From the human T2T-CHM13v2.0 reference genome, Homo sapiens: a stretch of 64,000 bases of DNA. Below the pieces are notes generated by a model. That model was given only the letters and a program-made list of their open reading frames with translations, was not told the origin of the DNA and searched no databases. The stretch lies in the NCBI RefSeq assembly GCF_009914755.1, contig NC_060933.1. One strand, given 5' to 3'. Below are positions 34,684 to 50,625 of this stretch, in pieces. Both the position numbers and the translations under genes were made by a program. How positions within the stretch are numbered: position 1 is the first letter of the stretch; each line of letters opens with the position of its first letter.

Positions 34684-36017
34684 GTGAACTTATATTGTAA
34701 TATAATTAGTAACCAGTTATTTTAAAAATTTAATTGTATTCATTAAAAATTTTAGTTTCTGTCTTAAGCCCATGGTAATTTTGATATAAAAAACAAAATA
34801 GCTTTTTTGAAAAGTAGATTTTGTGATCTACTTTTAGTGGATTTCCTATCAATATATAATGCTAGGCTGGAAAAAAGATATGTAAGTTAAAAGATGAAGA
34901 TTAATAATTTCACACACCAAATAAGATAGATTAAAAAATAAATAGTACAAAACCTGGTTCACTGTTGCTATGATATTTAAACTCACTGTTTGGAAGTCTA
35001 AAGACAAACAGGAAGACTAAAAAAAAAGGAATATTGTTGAAACCAGCAGAGAATGTTACAGCATCATAACGACCAAAGGAATATTTTTACTCACTATTTT
35101 TACAGTCATTTTATAAAGTAACCTTTTTTATTCTCCCCTTGTGCAGAAGTATAGAATGATTCTTCGGGTAAAAGATACTGAAAGTGAATTTACATATTTT
35201 AGTAATTGGTTACATCAACATGATAATGATTTCTGTTATATAATCATTAACTTATAAAGGAGTAAAAGTCAATTCTCGCATCTGTGGAGATTCTTGGTAA
35301 GGTAAAAGAAATCATAATTTTAAAAAATCACATTAAGATGATTATTTCTATACTTTCTTTGAAAGTCTGATAAGTAGGGTGAAAAAGAATAAAAGCAGAG
35401 GAAGAAAAATTCAATAGTTTTAAACTGCTTTACAATTATAAACAAAAAAGGATTATAAAGAAAACTGACAAATGAGAAAATATTTGCAACAATCTTAATA
35501 GGCAGTGAGTTCTTACTCTTCATATGTATCTTGTATAGAATTCATAGCACTGAAGACCCCAGTAGAAAAATTGCGAACAATCAGATCTGAATAGAAAAAT
35601 GGACAAGGAACATTACCAGATAATCTAAAAACTAAAAAGGAAAGGAAAAGAAAAACAATTGTTATTCTAGTTAACTACTAAAATGCAAATTAATAGGATA
35701 CTGTTTTTTTCATATCAGGTTTTCAAGTATTTTTTTAGAGTCATAACGTTTAAAAAAAAATCCATGATACAAAACATGCTCTGTTAATTTAAGAATGTAA
35801 ATGGAAGCAGCATTTTCTGGAAAACAGTTTGATGACATAAAGTTTTAGTAATTTATTATTGAAGTTTTTAACTAAAGAGGTATAATTGAAGCGTGATGAA
35901 TTTTGAAAATATTTATTATTTAATATATAAGGTACAATGTTTCTATTAAAAAAGCAAAATATAAAACTAAATTTAAAACTGTGCTGTCCAATATGGCAAC
36001 AACTAGTCACATGTAGC

Positions 36018-36318
36018 TTTTTTTTTTTTTTTTTTTGAAGGCACAGAGTCTCAATCTGTCACCCAGGCCGGAGGGCAGTGGTGTGATCATAGCTCACTAT
36101 AACCTCAAATTTCTGGGCTCAAGCACTCCTCCTGCGTCAGCCTCCCAAGTAGCTGGTATTACATGTGCACACCACCATGCCCAGCTAACTTTTTAAATTT
36201 TTTGTAAAGATGGGGTCTCACTATGTTGTCCAGGCTGATCTTGAACTTCTTGCCTCAAGCAATTCTCCCATTGGCTTCCCAAAGCACAGAGATTACAGGA
36301 GTGAGTCACCACTCAGCC
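36018..36318 (-). mobile_element. AluJ inserted in a MER3-like element
   Basis: Antisense Alu flanked by cacatg(t/c)a.ctttt duplicates; upstream ctgtgctgtccaatatgg. Confidence 0.8.
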
Positions 36319-36463
36319 ACATGCATCTTTTGAACACTTGGAATATGTCCAGTCTGGAATTTTAGATATGTACACACCCACACACATACACATGTCCTGT
36401 TTTGATGACCTATAATTAATTTTCTCTCAGTTTTTAACTTTTATCTATCTTATTAATGTACAG

Positions 36464-36577
36464 AATCACCCTGAAACCGGGCTGTGGAAAATATCTTGGT
36501 ATAAATTCAGATGAACTTGTTGTTGGCGTTCAGATGCAATTGGACCAAGAGAACAATGGGAACCAGTCTTTCAAAAT
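36464..36577 (+). pseudogene. FRG1: FRG1 pseudo-exon 5
   Basis: tacag|AATCACCCTG...CAAAAT|atgaat. 1-nt deletion at the GG.CGT codons. The donor reads AT. Confidence 0.93.
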
Positions 36578-38836
36578 ATGAATGCTGTTATTGTTTATAA
36601 AAACTTCCTGTCAGTTTAACACAAAGTCTGTAACAGTCAATAATAATATATTTAAAAAGAAAAAGTAGGATGCAATAGTATAATACATTAAATTGGAATA
36701 AATCAGTAAGAACACAGAGCCTTAAAGAGATCTCAAAATATAGTGCAACAAAAATAGCTTTAGTACTTTTGCCCACAATTATTTCTGTATACCCTTAGTG
36801 CCCGATATGGATCTCATTTCCATTGAAGAACCAGTCAATTTTAGGTCACAGAGTAGGAAAACAGAATCGTTCCTAAGTATCTTCTTTGTAGCAGAAATCA
36901 TGGATGCTTTCAGAAACTTTAGCGACTGTAAGCGAACAGTGGAGCTAGCTAAGACCAAGTTGTGACAATTTGCTAATAAAATATAAATAATAATAGTTCA
37001 TTGAAGTAAATTATCTCTAAAAGACTCAGTTCATAAGCTTAAAATAGTGTATGAAAAGATAGTTTTAATATAAGAAGAAAAAACATAATATACTAATTCT
37101 TAATTTTAGTAAGTAGACAGTTGTAGTGTATGGATGTTTTGTTAAATCTTTGTTGATACAGTATACATAATTTCCTTTTTCTGTTTGTGTGAGAAGTAAA
37201 GATTGAACAAAAATATGTGAGTGCTAAACTGTCTTTAAAAAGTAGATAACTATATCAAAAACAGTAAGGACCATTGGGCACCATGCAGAACAAGCAAATA
37301 GAAGATAAGCTCAGCCTTTGAGTAGCAGCTTTGGTTGTATACAATAATGAACTGAAAATAGGAACTCAGCAGTGTTTTCTAAGATGACAGATTAAACAAA
37401 CATCCCACCAGAAAGAGGTAATCACTTAGACTAATTTCCTCATCCCCTAGGATAAAATCTTAAGTCAGTGACTTGAAAAATGTTTTGACCCAATCCATTG
37501 AGAAATGCATTTTTACATTGCAGCCCAGCACACACATATGTATAACTGAAGCAAGAGTTGTACTTAACAATACTTACTTATCCGTGTGTTATGCGTCTTG
37601 ATATTTCTTATTCTCTTTTACCCCTTCCTCTGTGTGTCTGTGTGTATTCTTCCCCCCCCCACCCAATACCGTTCAGGAAACACTACATTGATTTCATTAC
37701 CTGCTAATGTGTTGCAACCCCTTTGAGATGATCCTACTAGTTATGATGAGATGCTTCTAATAAAAGTTACACCAGTAGAAAATGCCAATATTTCATAAGA
37801 CCAGGATGATGACTTAGATAGTACTAATAATACAACACTTTAGGAAACTTCATTTCATTTTATTTTTAGGAAGGACACTAAGTTTCAAAAATTTAAATTT
37901 AAATGAAAGAGGGTCTTAAAACTCTATTGCAAAAAGGACTCAGCTGAATAATCTGTGGCACAGGTTTAAATTGCCTTGGACCACACCGCCATGTTCCAGG
38001 GCTCACCGGGAGCCATCAAGATGAGAGACCACCCAGCCCTTGTGACTTGACTAAGAAATTAAATCCATGTTATCAGCACGTTTTTAACTGGATGTGATAT
38101 AAGGTTAACATATATTGTAATCATTGTATTTATAAATATTTTATCTAAATGTTATTGTATTCCTAGTTTTCCAAAAGAATCAACCAAATACAAGTTATAA
38201 ATAAACATTATATTTGTTACAGGAGTTAAGCTAACCAAATTTATAACCCAGATTTAGATACACAAGAAAATCAGTTTTTAAAGTTTTGTTTAATAGAAAG
38301 CAGTGTAATACATCAAACATTAAACAACTAAAAATGTATATGAATATTTATTTTCACACACAAAAGTCCCTCAGACATTGATTCTTAAATTCAAAACACC
38401 AAAGGCATTGTATATGCCTTTTCATGTTTTCTAATTGTGAAGAAAATAAATTTTACTTAAAATGCTAATATTTGAATAAAGTATGCATTCATAATTATGT
38501 TCTTGTCTTTAAAGCTAATTTTTCAAACAGAACTAAATCAGTTTTATCTTCAGTAGATCTTTTAGAAAGGAAGTAATCCTACCTCATCTAATTAGAATTT
38601 AGTCCTACTAGGAAGATACACTACAAATATTTATTGTGGCAATCTTTGAATAGCAAAATGAAAGGTGATTTTGGTTTCCTTTTCTATATGTTCTTGTATT
38701 ATATTTTTCAGGTTTTTCTCTAAGTTCTTTTCTGTGATTTTTAAATCAGGGAGGAAAAATTCATTCAGTCTAAACACTTAATGTTTCTTCTACAAGAAGT
38801 ATCCTCATGGCTATTTTGTTATTTTGTTTCACTTAG

Positions 38837-38938
38837 GGGAAAATGGCTTTGTTGGCCTCAAATAGATGCTTTATTAGATACAATGAAGCAGGGGACATAG
38901 AAGCAAAAAGTAAAACAGCAGAAGAAGAAATGATCAAG
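38837..38938 (+). pseudogene. FRG1: FRG1 pseudo-exon 6
   Basis: cttag|GGGAAAATGGCT...ATCAAG|gtaatg. Encodes [34 protein letters not shown], with one codon deleted. Confidence 0.95.
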
Positions 38939-40029
38939 GTAATGATGACATTTTATACAGATGACTGCATTCACACATGCGATGTGACTGTATCTCTTTA
39001 AAATGTTAAGTCATCATTTACTGCCACTTTAAAGATTTACTTAATAGCTTTTTATAGTGTGGTGTTTCAAATAGACTCATTTTTAATTACAAATCCCATA
39101 GTTGATGGCTTGTTTATACAATGTGGTAGAGAAATCAGTGCATCTAGGAGCTACCTTGTCATTATCTCCATGGATTAGTATATTTTTCTGGTAGTTCCAC
39201 ATGCTCTTTTTATGCTTTCATTTTCTTGTTTTCTTGCTTGTATTTTAAAATCTAATTTTTAAAATAGATAACATGTACACGTGGTCCAACATTTTTAAAT
39301 AAAAGCATAGGAAGTTGAAGACATATACCTGCCATGCATCTTACTCACCTGTGTCCCAGTTCCTGTTCCTCTTTCCCTTTGTTTTGTTTTTTTATAGCCT
39401 CCTAAAATTTCTTTATAAACATATGAATATATTTATAATTTTCAACTGTCTTACACTAAAGGCAGCCTCCTCTATTGTCTTCTCGACTTTGATTTTTTTT
39501 TTCCTTAAAATTGTGTCTTGGAGAGTTTTCTACTATTAGTTTGAATGTAGAAAGTTTTCTCTTTTTCTTGCTTCTCCTCTCTTTCTCTCTCTCTCTTTTT
39601 TAACAGCCACATAATATTCCATTTTAGGGATGTACCTTTATTTATTTAGTCTTTTATAGATGGAAATTTAGGCTGTTTCCAGTCTTTTGCTCTTACAAAC
39701 AGTGCTGCAGTACATAACATTGAATATACATCAATTTGTAGATGTGTGGGTGGACCTGAAGATAAATTTCAAGAAGCAGAATTACCAGGTCGGGGTATAC
39801 GCGTTTGTATTTACATAATGCTTGAGCTTCTGTGATGATAATCACTCTATGAAACATAAAAAATCATAGCAGAACTTCTGGGGCCTTAGCCCTTACATTT
39901 TAAAAATATTTTTAGTAATAGTACCCGTCTTCTTTGCATTAGGAGAAACATGAATCACATAAAACATGATTTTTATTTTATTTTTAAAATTTGTGTGCGT
40001 CACTAAGCTGGAAATAAAAGTTCCTTATT

Positions 40030-40085
40030 CCAGGCTAAATTCCCTCATCCGTAGTCAGACGCGTTATCCATTGCGCCAGTGGTCT
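40030..40085 (-). pseudogene. tRNA-Arg(ACG)-derived pseudogene fragment
   Basis: The reverse complement ccactggcgcaatggataacgcgtctgactacggat matches the 5' half of tRNA-Arg-ACG (D arm and anticodon loop CTACGGA). The T-loop GTTCGA is absent. Confidence 0.85.
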
Positions 40086-42141
40086 GTGCCCTCCCTAATC
40101 CTACTCTTTGTTTTACATCATTGTAAAAGTTACACAGACATCTTCATATCAAGGTGAAATTCTAAATAATACTGTTAATATAACCTAGATAAATCAGGTA
40201 GTTAACTGGAATTTGATGAAAACATTTAAGGCTTAATTTTTTAGACTCACAAAAGCCACTGATCTTTAATGATAAACATATATCAGGATGTGTCTAAAGA
40301 ATAACTCCCCCCTTGACACATGGTTTTTCTGTGTCTTGGCATTCCATCGCAGTACTGAGCATCCTGAACCTTGCTTTGTTTGTCTCTTTTGGGAATCACA
40401 GGTTGCATCCAGTCTGACCCAGATTTGTTCTGTCAGACATTGTGGGGGCCAGAGTGGAAGGCTCTAAGAGAGGGGGCAAATGCCTTTTCTAAAATGCCCT
40501 TCGTTCTTATAATCAGAGCATAAAAATTTATGTTACATTTTTCTCTACTACCAGTGTAATTTAAAAGCATCTATCAATTCTCTGTATGTGCTTCATGTTA
40601 GATTTCCAGTCATGTGTTTGATTTTCTTTTTAGAATAGTCTTGATTTCAGATAATTTCAAATCTAAAGCTCAAACAATTTCAATCTAAAATGTAGGTATT
40701 TTCTTACAGTTAGAGAAGTGAAGTGTTATATTTTTTCATTGCATGCATCCGGCACATGCGTTGTAGTCTTGAATTTCCATAATGCTCCTGTGAGGTGGAT
40801 GTGAGCTCAGCCTTACAGACAGTAAGACAGCCTCCGACCCTCCTTACATCCTCGTGGTTTTTGTCAGTCAGTTCATGGAAATCACAGTGATTTCAAGGTG
40901 TGGTAAGACAGGATGTGTACCCAGGCCCAGCTGACTCCAGAGGCCAGTCTCAGTATTTCATAGCACATTGCTTCTCAGGAAACAGGTCATTGAGGAAATG
41001 CAGATGGGTTTGTGACTTACATTTAATTTAATTTATTTATATTTTATTGTATCATGTTTAAATTATTTTTCATCTGGATATCATCACAAAAGTGTTATTG
41101 AAGGCAACAATTGCAAATATATGTGCAGTGCTTTGCACTTATACAAAGATACAAAGATACTTACACAAAGATTGCATTTTTCACTATTTAAAGCAATTTT
41201 CAGATGAAATACAAAGTTTTCTGGGTCTCTTTGGTTAGTCAAGTACTTGGAAGTTCTGAACAGTGATTATTTAGGACTCTTTTTGTACCATTTAATTACA
41301 GGCTCTCCTAATCTCTGTCAGCCCTTCACCTTTATGACCTTGCCTTATCTATCAGAACACAGATCCCTCTTACTAAAGGTAGCATTGTGCTACAGGCCTT
41401 AGCAGGGAATGTTTTCAGGTCTGGGACCCCTCTAATCAAAACTGTCACAAAGATGTCATTGGCACAAACACGTTATTTGTCATCACTTTCTAAGCAGCCC
41501 TGGAACTAGACTCTGGCCACAGAGATCCCTTAGGAGACATGAGTCCTTACCATTGCCAATTGCCTGTTCTGTGGGTGATCCTAATTGTTGAATGCAGATC
41601 AATTAACTTATGACATGTGATAGTAAACATCTATCCAAACTTAGGAGGATATAAGAAGCTAGTAAAAGAGGTGGGTTCCAATTAATTAAAAAGAAGTTGT
41701 GTAATGTTAAAAGTTTTAATACTTTGGTAATAGTCTGTGCAATCTAAAATAGCTATTAAGCTTTCAATTTGATCAAATGAACACTTGTCTACTAGGGATA
41801 ATTTGATCCTAGTGTATTGACTTGGAGGACAAAATTAAATTAGTTAATGATTGCTTTACTGCCTAACAGGATCTGATGTGTAAAATGTTTCTGAAATAAT
41901 TTTGTCTGTAGTGTTTCTGACACAAGGGCTGCGGAGGAAGCATGTGATAGCACTTACTCATATAGATTATGTATATGAAGTAAAAACACATAGCCAGAAC
42001 CTGTCTTTTTCTGAATATAGTTGCTCAGTTAATTTTTTCTTCTGCATAAGAAATCATCTCGAATGTTCTTATGTGATACGTAAAGTGGGGAAGGTGGAAG
42101 ATAAACATATAACCCATTGGATTCTCTTTTCCAATATCTAG

Positions 42142-42233
42142 ATTAGATCCTGTGCTGAAAGAGAAACCAAGAAAAAAGATGACATTCCAGAAGAAGACAA
42201 AGGAAATGTAAAACAATGTGAAATCAATTATGT
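42142..42233 (+). pseudogene. FRG1: FRG1 pseudo-exon 7
   Basis: tctag|ATTAGATCC...TATGT|gtatgt. 92 nt, intact. Confidence 0.95.
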
Positions 42234-42311
42234 GTATGTATGCTTTTCCTTTTAGACCTACAGATTTGACAGTGAAGTGCTTCTCAAAGTGCTTTCAAAA
42301 TAAATTACCTA

Positions 42312-42465
42312 ATTAGCTGGGGATGGTGAGGCATGCCTGTAGGCCCAGCTACTCAGGAGGCTGAGACAGGAGGATTGTTTGAGCCCAGGAGTTCAAGGCT
42401 GCAGTGAGCTCTGATCACCACTGCATTCCAGCCTGGGTGACAGAGCAAGACCCTGTCTGAAAAAA
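42312..42465 (+). mobile_element. Alu right monomer (FRAM/AluJ)
   Basis: attagctggg...gagcaagaccctgtct. Confidence 0.8.
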
Positions 42466-42800
42466 TGAAAACTGATGGACAAGAAGAGGCAACACAACGT
42501 AGCCTCTAGGACAGAGCACTGAGCTAAATGCTTTTCTTTTCTTGAGGGTTCATTTTTCCTAATCATCCTAACAGCTCCCAAAGCTAGTCACTCAGGTTAG
42601 TCAATCTCTCTATTCATTCATAGAATGGGCGTGATGCCAGTCAAAGGCTGTGCTATGACCAGGACACAGGGGACTCCAGCCAGCATGCCCTAATAGAAGT
42701 GGGGCCTTCTGCTACCCAGTCAATGAGTGGCCCTCCTCTTGAGAGGTCACGAAGGTTATCTTTGTTGTTCAAAAGCTCCAGCTTATTTAAAAAAATGTAA

Positions 42801-43121
<321 letters not shown>

Positions 43122-43220
43122 TAATAAGTGAAAAAGAAATTAACAGTATTTATAAATTTAATAGTAAATATGTATAATCAGAGTTTGAGGTATTTTTCAA
43201 TGAAGGCATTTTCTTTGCAG

Positions 43221-43330
43221 AAAGAAATTTCAGAGCTTCCAAGACCACAAACTTAAAATAAGTAAAGAAGCAGTAAAATTCTTAAAAAGATGCAGAAAGA
43301 TGGATTTTTGCATGAGATGCTTCTGGACAG
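43221..43330 (+). pseudogene. FRG1: FRG1 pseudo-exon 8
   Basis: tgcag|AAAGAAATTTCAG...GACAG|gtagct. 1-nt deletion at GAAGCAGT. Confidence 0.94.
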
Positions 43331-44507
43331 GTAGCTATTTATTTACTTATTTCCACTATTTTCAGTAGCCAATAGAAATGGCATATAGAAAACCTACATT
43401 CTCTTAAATTACTGTAGTTTTCACATTTTTGCCTTTATTTCTAATTTATGAATGTGGCAATATTACCTAGAGAGGACATCATGAGTTTGGGAAAAGACTG
43501 TCAAGAAAGAATATCTAAAAATTATAACCGATTCTAAGCATATACTTTAAGAAATTCAGGTTTGACTGTATCTACTTCATAAATTTATCATTATCTTTTT
43601 ATAACTATTAGAACCAGAGTTAGAAAGAAGCAGTTTGACTAATATAAAAATTATGTGGATTCTATTAGAGTAGTTCAGGTTCCTTAAAATAAGCATAGAT
43701 GAACTAAAAAACTAAGTATAAAAGCTAAACAAGTGAAATTGAAGCAGTTTTATTGTAAGATTTGGAAGAGTGCAGGATGTTTATCATAGCACATTATTAA
43801 TATTTATTACTATTCCTATGTACATAAGTGATGTCCTAGATTTACAACATAGAAAAACAGGTAGAGACATTTAGCTGTGAGTCTACAAGTATAAATCAAT
43901 TAAGTGCCAGATTTTGATAATCACCAGCCGCTCATTCAAGTCCTATGTTGGAAAGTTACTCTTACCCTTTTTTTACATTACTTGATAAAGGCAATGTTTA
44001 ATTACATATTTCCTGTTAACCAGCTGGTAGAGTTCATACCTAAAGTCAGTAAATAACGTTAAGAATTTTTTCCAGCTGAGCAAATGAGTATGTATCTAGT
44101 TGTAAGAAATCAAGAAGAGGATATAAAATATAATCAGGATGTGGAGTCTAAAATGGAATACGCTTTATGTCCTGTAACTTTTTTCACTTGTAATAATACA
44201 GCATTCTCACCCTGTTAAATGGAAATTTAGAGCACCCTTAAATTCCAGAATAATTAAAATTGCTATTTGGATTGAAAAAGCCCTTAGGCAACATTTATTG
44301 AATATTAGGAAATAACTTTTATAAGATTAGAATCCATTTTTTATAGAAACCAAATTTAAAAGTATACATATTTTAATATAAGTGTTGTGGTAATACACTA
44401 ACCAAAATTGAACACACAGTTTTAAAGCTTTTTATATTTAGTAGCAATTGAATATATATGACATGTTTTACATAGATTAATTTTACTATTTTTCTTTATT
44501 TAAACAA

Positions 44508-44600
44508 GAGAACCAAATTGAAAGCCGACAGATACTGCAAATGACTGGGATTTTTGTTTCTGCCTTATCTTTTTGTGTTTTTTTCTGAATAAAATATTCA
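44508..44600 (+). pseudogene. FRG1: FRG1 pseudo-exon 9 with stop and polyA signal
   Basis: RTKLKADRYCK then TGA (44542-44544). AATAAA at 44588-44593. The expected acceptor reads 'caa' rather than 'cag'. Confidence 0.92.
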
Positions 44601-45643
44601 GAGGAAATGCTTTTACGGAGTTCTTGAGTTGTTGTGAACTTATTGTTTAGCTAGTAGCTAGTTTAACCAGGATTAAACAAGTTTAATCAGGATTCTTCAC
44701 GGATGTACTTTTTAGCTAACTACAGTTTTTCACATGGAAATGAAACTTACAGTAAACACTTAATGTACCACAGAATTTTTTTCTGGATTTCCGGTGCTGA
44801 AGCATGAAGTACTAGAAACCAATTCTTCCTGCGCTACTTGCGGAATCTTTCTTACTGGATCATAATCTTACTTTACTTTATACAATAGATGCTTAATCAG
44901 TGCCTTTAATAGGAAGTGGGAAATTCCAAATCCAATCAACAAGGCTTTGATTCTACCTCCTAAGTACTACCCAAATCACAGACAATCCAAATATCAGAAC
45001 TAGGGGGCTGGGCAGAGAGGACAAATCATCTATTAGGGAGTGGGACAGAAAGTGGAAACATTACAAAGGAGCAAGTAGGCTCAGAACAGAGGGGAGAGTA
45101 GTACTGGGGAAACTCCCTACTGAGGACAGGTTTGCCACAGTGGATATGTATGTGATGCTTTTGTCCTCATGGGCTGGAATGGAAGCTGATAAAGAAGTTC
45201 AGATGCTACGTGTTGCTTAGGTCTGCTTTGTTGAAGCCTGTCTCTTTCAGAGTTCCTAAACACAATATTCCCGTGGCATCTAATCCCAGTGAGTGCTCCA
45301 AATCCAGGCTGTGTATCAGATGCCACGGGAAATTCTGCCTCAGAACTGAGGTTGGTTCAAGCATCTGGATGATGTCAAAAGTCCAAGTTGTGTGCTGGCC
45401 TAACCTGAAAGACCCTGTCTAGTTCTGGCCTTTAAATTCCTTCTGTCACCAAATCTAGAGTTACATGGCATCTGTACAAGCTAGGTAGCTGAGGCATGGG
45501 ATCAAGCTCTATAAAGGAGCTTTTGGAGCTTTTGTTGTAGGTCTAGCTCCAACTTGGCACTCCAGTTCCAATAGCTGGACTTTCTCTCATCGTGTGTTCT
45601 GATCCCTGGATTGGGAACAAAGTAACCACTCTGATCTCACAAA

Positions 45644-45800
45644 GCAGTGGTTCCAGTTCCCAACTGGTGACTATTTTGCCTCCCACGGGACATTTTTGTT
45701 TTCACAACTGGAATACGGTGTTAGAGAGTAGAGGCTAGGGATGCTGCGAAGCATGTGGCAGAATCCTGTTCCGCCCAGAATGCTAACAGTGCCAAGGTTA
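45644..45800. mobile_element. MER20-like element
   Basis: cagtggtt...ttttgcctcccacgggacattt...ggctagggatgctgc. Confidence 0.65.
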
Positions 45801-47468
45801 TGGAGCCTTCCCACCCGAGGGCTTGGTCTATTCCTTGCTTTTGCCAGCTCCCTAACCCTTAAACACAACAGTTCAAATCTATATGCATAAGCATCTCCTA
45901 GGGACCCGCACGTTTCCAATATCGACTACTGAGACCCATCCGTAGAGATGTAGGCTTAGGAGGTCTAGGATTGGGCTCAAAATTTGCATTTTAACAAGTA
46001 CTCCAGGTCATTCTGAAGCAAGTGATACAAACCACAGAATGAGGAACACCGCCTTCAAGAGACTGAATCTTGCTTCCCAACACTAGCTTGGTATCTGAGA
46101 CCATCTGCCTGCTGACTGGCTTTCCTGGCACAAACATTCTGCATGTAGGCACAGTGTGTTCCTGGACTCCATGTCAACCCGTTCACCCTCATGTTCCCTT
46201 GGTTCCTGTCCCCAGTCCAGCGAGCAGAACTGATTACAGATCTTGACAACAGAAGATACAGATTTAAAATAACTTGCCTGTTCCCGTGGACTTTATCCAC
46301 TAGTGAAGGAGGACAAGTGGACAAGGGGAGAGGGTAGGTGGGGGCTTCTTCCCTATTCCTCCCATTCCACTTTATACAAACCCCAGCTAGATCACTGGGA
46401 GAGCAACGGGGGTTAAGAATGACTCCATCTAAATATTGTCATCTGGTCCACTCTTCTTCCATCTTGTACACAAGGATATCATGAGTTTTGTTTAAATTAC
46501 TGGGAATTTCGTCTGCTCAGTGTTTGTTTTGTCTGCAGCCATTCCCAGAATTCTAGGGCAAGACTAGCTTCTTTGCCAATGGGGTGAACAGGAAGGAACC
46601 CAAGTAGGAATTGCCTTTTTAAAAAAAATCCCTTCCCACCCTCTTAATTACGTAATGCATGCATTTTTATAGCTTTTTTGCTCATTCCATTACCTGAGGT
46701 CAGCCACTGATATTTAACCCATCCTTAGCCTCGGAGGAGGACAGAGGAGCACTCGTCATATTGATTTCGCTAGCGGTGACATGATTTCCTCCTGTGCCAC
46801 TCAAATTTCTCTCCTTCTTTAACTTGATGCTCAGTAGGTTGTGTTTCACTCGTCTTTGCAGATTGTTAGGAAGATGAGAATTAGCTTTCATTTTTGATGT
46901 TGCCATAGAGAAGACTCCATGGTAATGTTTATTTGCACAATCAACTTTTTCTTTTCCCCCAGAAATTGCAAATTCTTATGTGAGAGGCAGCTTTCCGGAG
47001 TCTGCAAGCATAGATTATCGTCTCTCTTTTGATGGTAAATTTCTTATATCCTCACCAACAATAAAATACTTACATATAATTTTGGCATGTCATATTGATT
47101 GCCAACTACAAGTAAGAATATTCCTTGATTTTAAATCTAGATTAATTATGAAAATTTGAGTAGCCACAAAAAATTATTGTGTACAAATTTATAGACCTCT
47201 TCTTAGGATTAAATGAGTTAATATTAACTAATATTTGTTGTGTAGTTAAGGTATGGCAGAAGCTTCCTATGTACTATTTCATTTTATACTTAAAACAATA
47301 TTCCATGCAAAATGCTATAATTTCCCTATACCTCCAATTTGCACATGATAAAACTGGGCCTCGTAAAGTTTTCACCCCAGAGTTCTCTGCTTAGTAAGAA
47401 GTAGAAGGAAGTCTAAACCTAGGTCATCTGATTTCAGAGCCCATATAGTTAAAATGCTCTAAATGCAG

Positions 47469-48005
47469 CTTCCCATGGTGATGGTGACTATGAGAGCCTG
47501 TCACATATGATGTAGGACCCCAGTGCTTCCCTGTAACATGTGCAAGATTCCTGTGATGACGGTGACTATGAAAGCCTGTCACATACGATGTAGAACAGTG
47601 CTTCCCTGTAACATGCGCAAGATTCCCATGATGATGGTGACTATGAGCCTTTCACATATGACGTAGGACAGTGCTTCCTCTGTAACATGCACAAGATTCC
47701 CGTGATGATGGTGACTATGAGAGCCTGTCACATATGATGTAGGGCCCCACTGCTTCCTCTGAAACATGCGCAAGATTCCCGTGATGATGGTGACTATGAG
47801 AGCCTGTCACATACGATGTAGGACAGTGCTTCCCTGTAACATGCAGAAGATTCCCGTGATGATGGTGACTATGAGAGCCCGTCACATATGATGTAGGACA
47901 GTGCTTCCCTGTAACATGTACAAGATTCCCGTGATGATGGTGAGTATGAGAGCCTGTCACATATGATGTAGGACAGTGCTTCCTCTGTAACATGCACAAG
48001 ATTCA
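47469..48005. repeat. Minisatellite, ~75-bp unit, ~7 copies
   Basis: Unit gtgatgatggtgactatgagagcctgtcacatatgatgtaggacagtgcttccctgtaacatg..caagattccc. The minus-strand ORF shows 25-aa periodicity. Confidence 0.95.
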
Positions 48006-48588
48006 CCCGTGGATCTTATTAAAATGGAAACTCATAGACCACACTTTGACTAGCTAAGATAGGAGCATTTAAATGGATGTCTTGGTGACAGTGCTAAGAT
48101 GCTACTGTTCATGTGGGCACTGGCTCACCATATTAATGAAGCTTAGGACCTCCAGTCCCGGCTGGAAAAGAAATACAGATACATAGGATGTGACTGTGCA
48201 TATGGAATGTCTGTTGTGTTCTGGACATTGTACTAGACAATAGAGATAAAAAGTCAAATATCCCTTGCCTCTATCTGAAAGGAGCTTCCTACTCAGTGGC
48301 TTCTGACTGCAGTGTATATGTTCTTTTCTGTCCTGGGTGGGTGAGCTCTATCTCAATGTTGGTAACTGAACACTGCCCAATGGGTTTGATGAGGGAGATC
48401 ATAGCTAGCTGTGCTCCCACAAAGCTATGACCATAGCATATCTCGTGATGCCATTTCCCCCTTGTCAGAAGGGTCCCTCCAGTATCATACATGCTCCCCA
48501 TGATTATAAATTCTTCCTCTTTGCACTAAATGTTCCTAAATCTTGCAAAGATAAAAACATAAACCACATTCTCATCATATTAGTTATA

Positions 48589-49996
<1,408 letters not shown>

Positions 49997-50349
49997 AAGT
50001 TCCTTACTTTTCATGTGTTTAATATTTTCTCCCAGTTTATAGAATATATTGATTGAGAATAAATTTTAGCCACGCATATCTATTAAAAACTTCATGATAC
50101 ACTTTGCTATTTTTAAATTTCTTATGCTCTTATAAAATGTGTGTTCTGGACTCATGTTGGCTTCCATTTCTTCCCTCTGGCTTCTGTTAGTTTAGGCTAT
50201 GAGCAGAGATGGACAAGGTGGCTACTGTAATGGATCAAGGCTATGAGCATCTAGTGAAGTAGGATGTTAAATCTGTAAATATCAGAATGAATCCAAACTT
50301 ATCAATTCAAAACTGCATTGTAAAACAGCTCAAAAAAGACTAAAAACAC

Positions 50350-50625
50350 AGCTCTACACTTTAGGAGGCTGAGGCAGGCAGATTGCTTGAGCTCAGGAGT
50401 TGGAGACAAGTCTAGGAAACATGGAAAAACCCTGTCTGTACAAAAAAATATATTTTTTAATTAGCTGGGTATGGTGGTATGAGCCTGTGGTCGCAGCTTT
50501 TCAGGAGGCTGAGGTGAGAGGATTTCTTGAGCCTAGAAGGTAGAGGCTGCAGTGAGCTCTGATCACGCCACTGCATTCCAGCCTAGGTGACAGAGTGAGA
50601 CCCGTTTCAAAAACAAACAAAGAAA
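50350..50625 (+). mobile_element. AluJ
   Basis: Dimeric Alu motifs. Confidence 0.8.

Noticed and set aside
47469-48005. CRISPR-like array or poly-His repeat protein
   Set aside because: Head-to-tail units with no unique spacers in eukaryotic DNA; the ORF merely reflects the 75-bp period.
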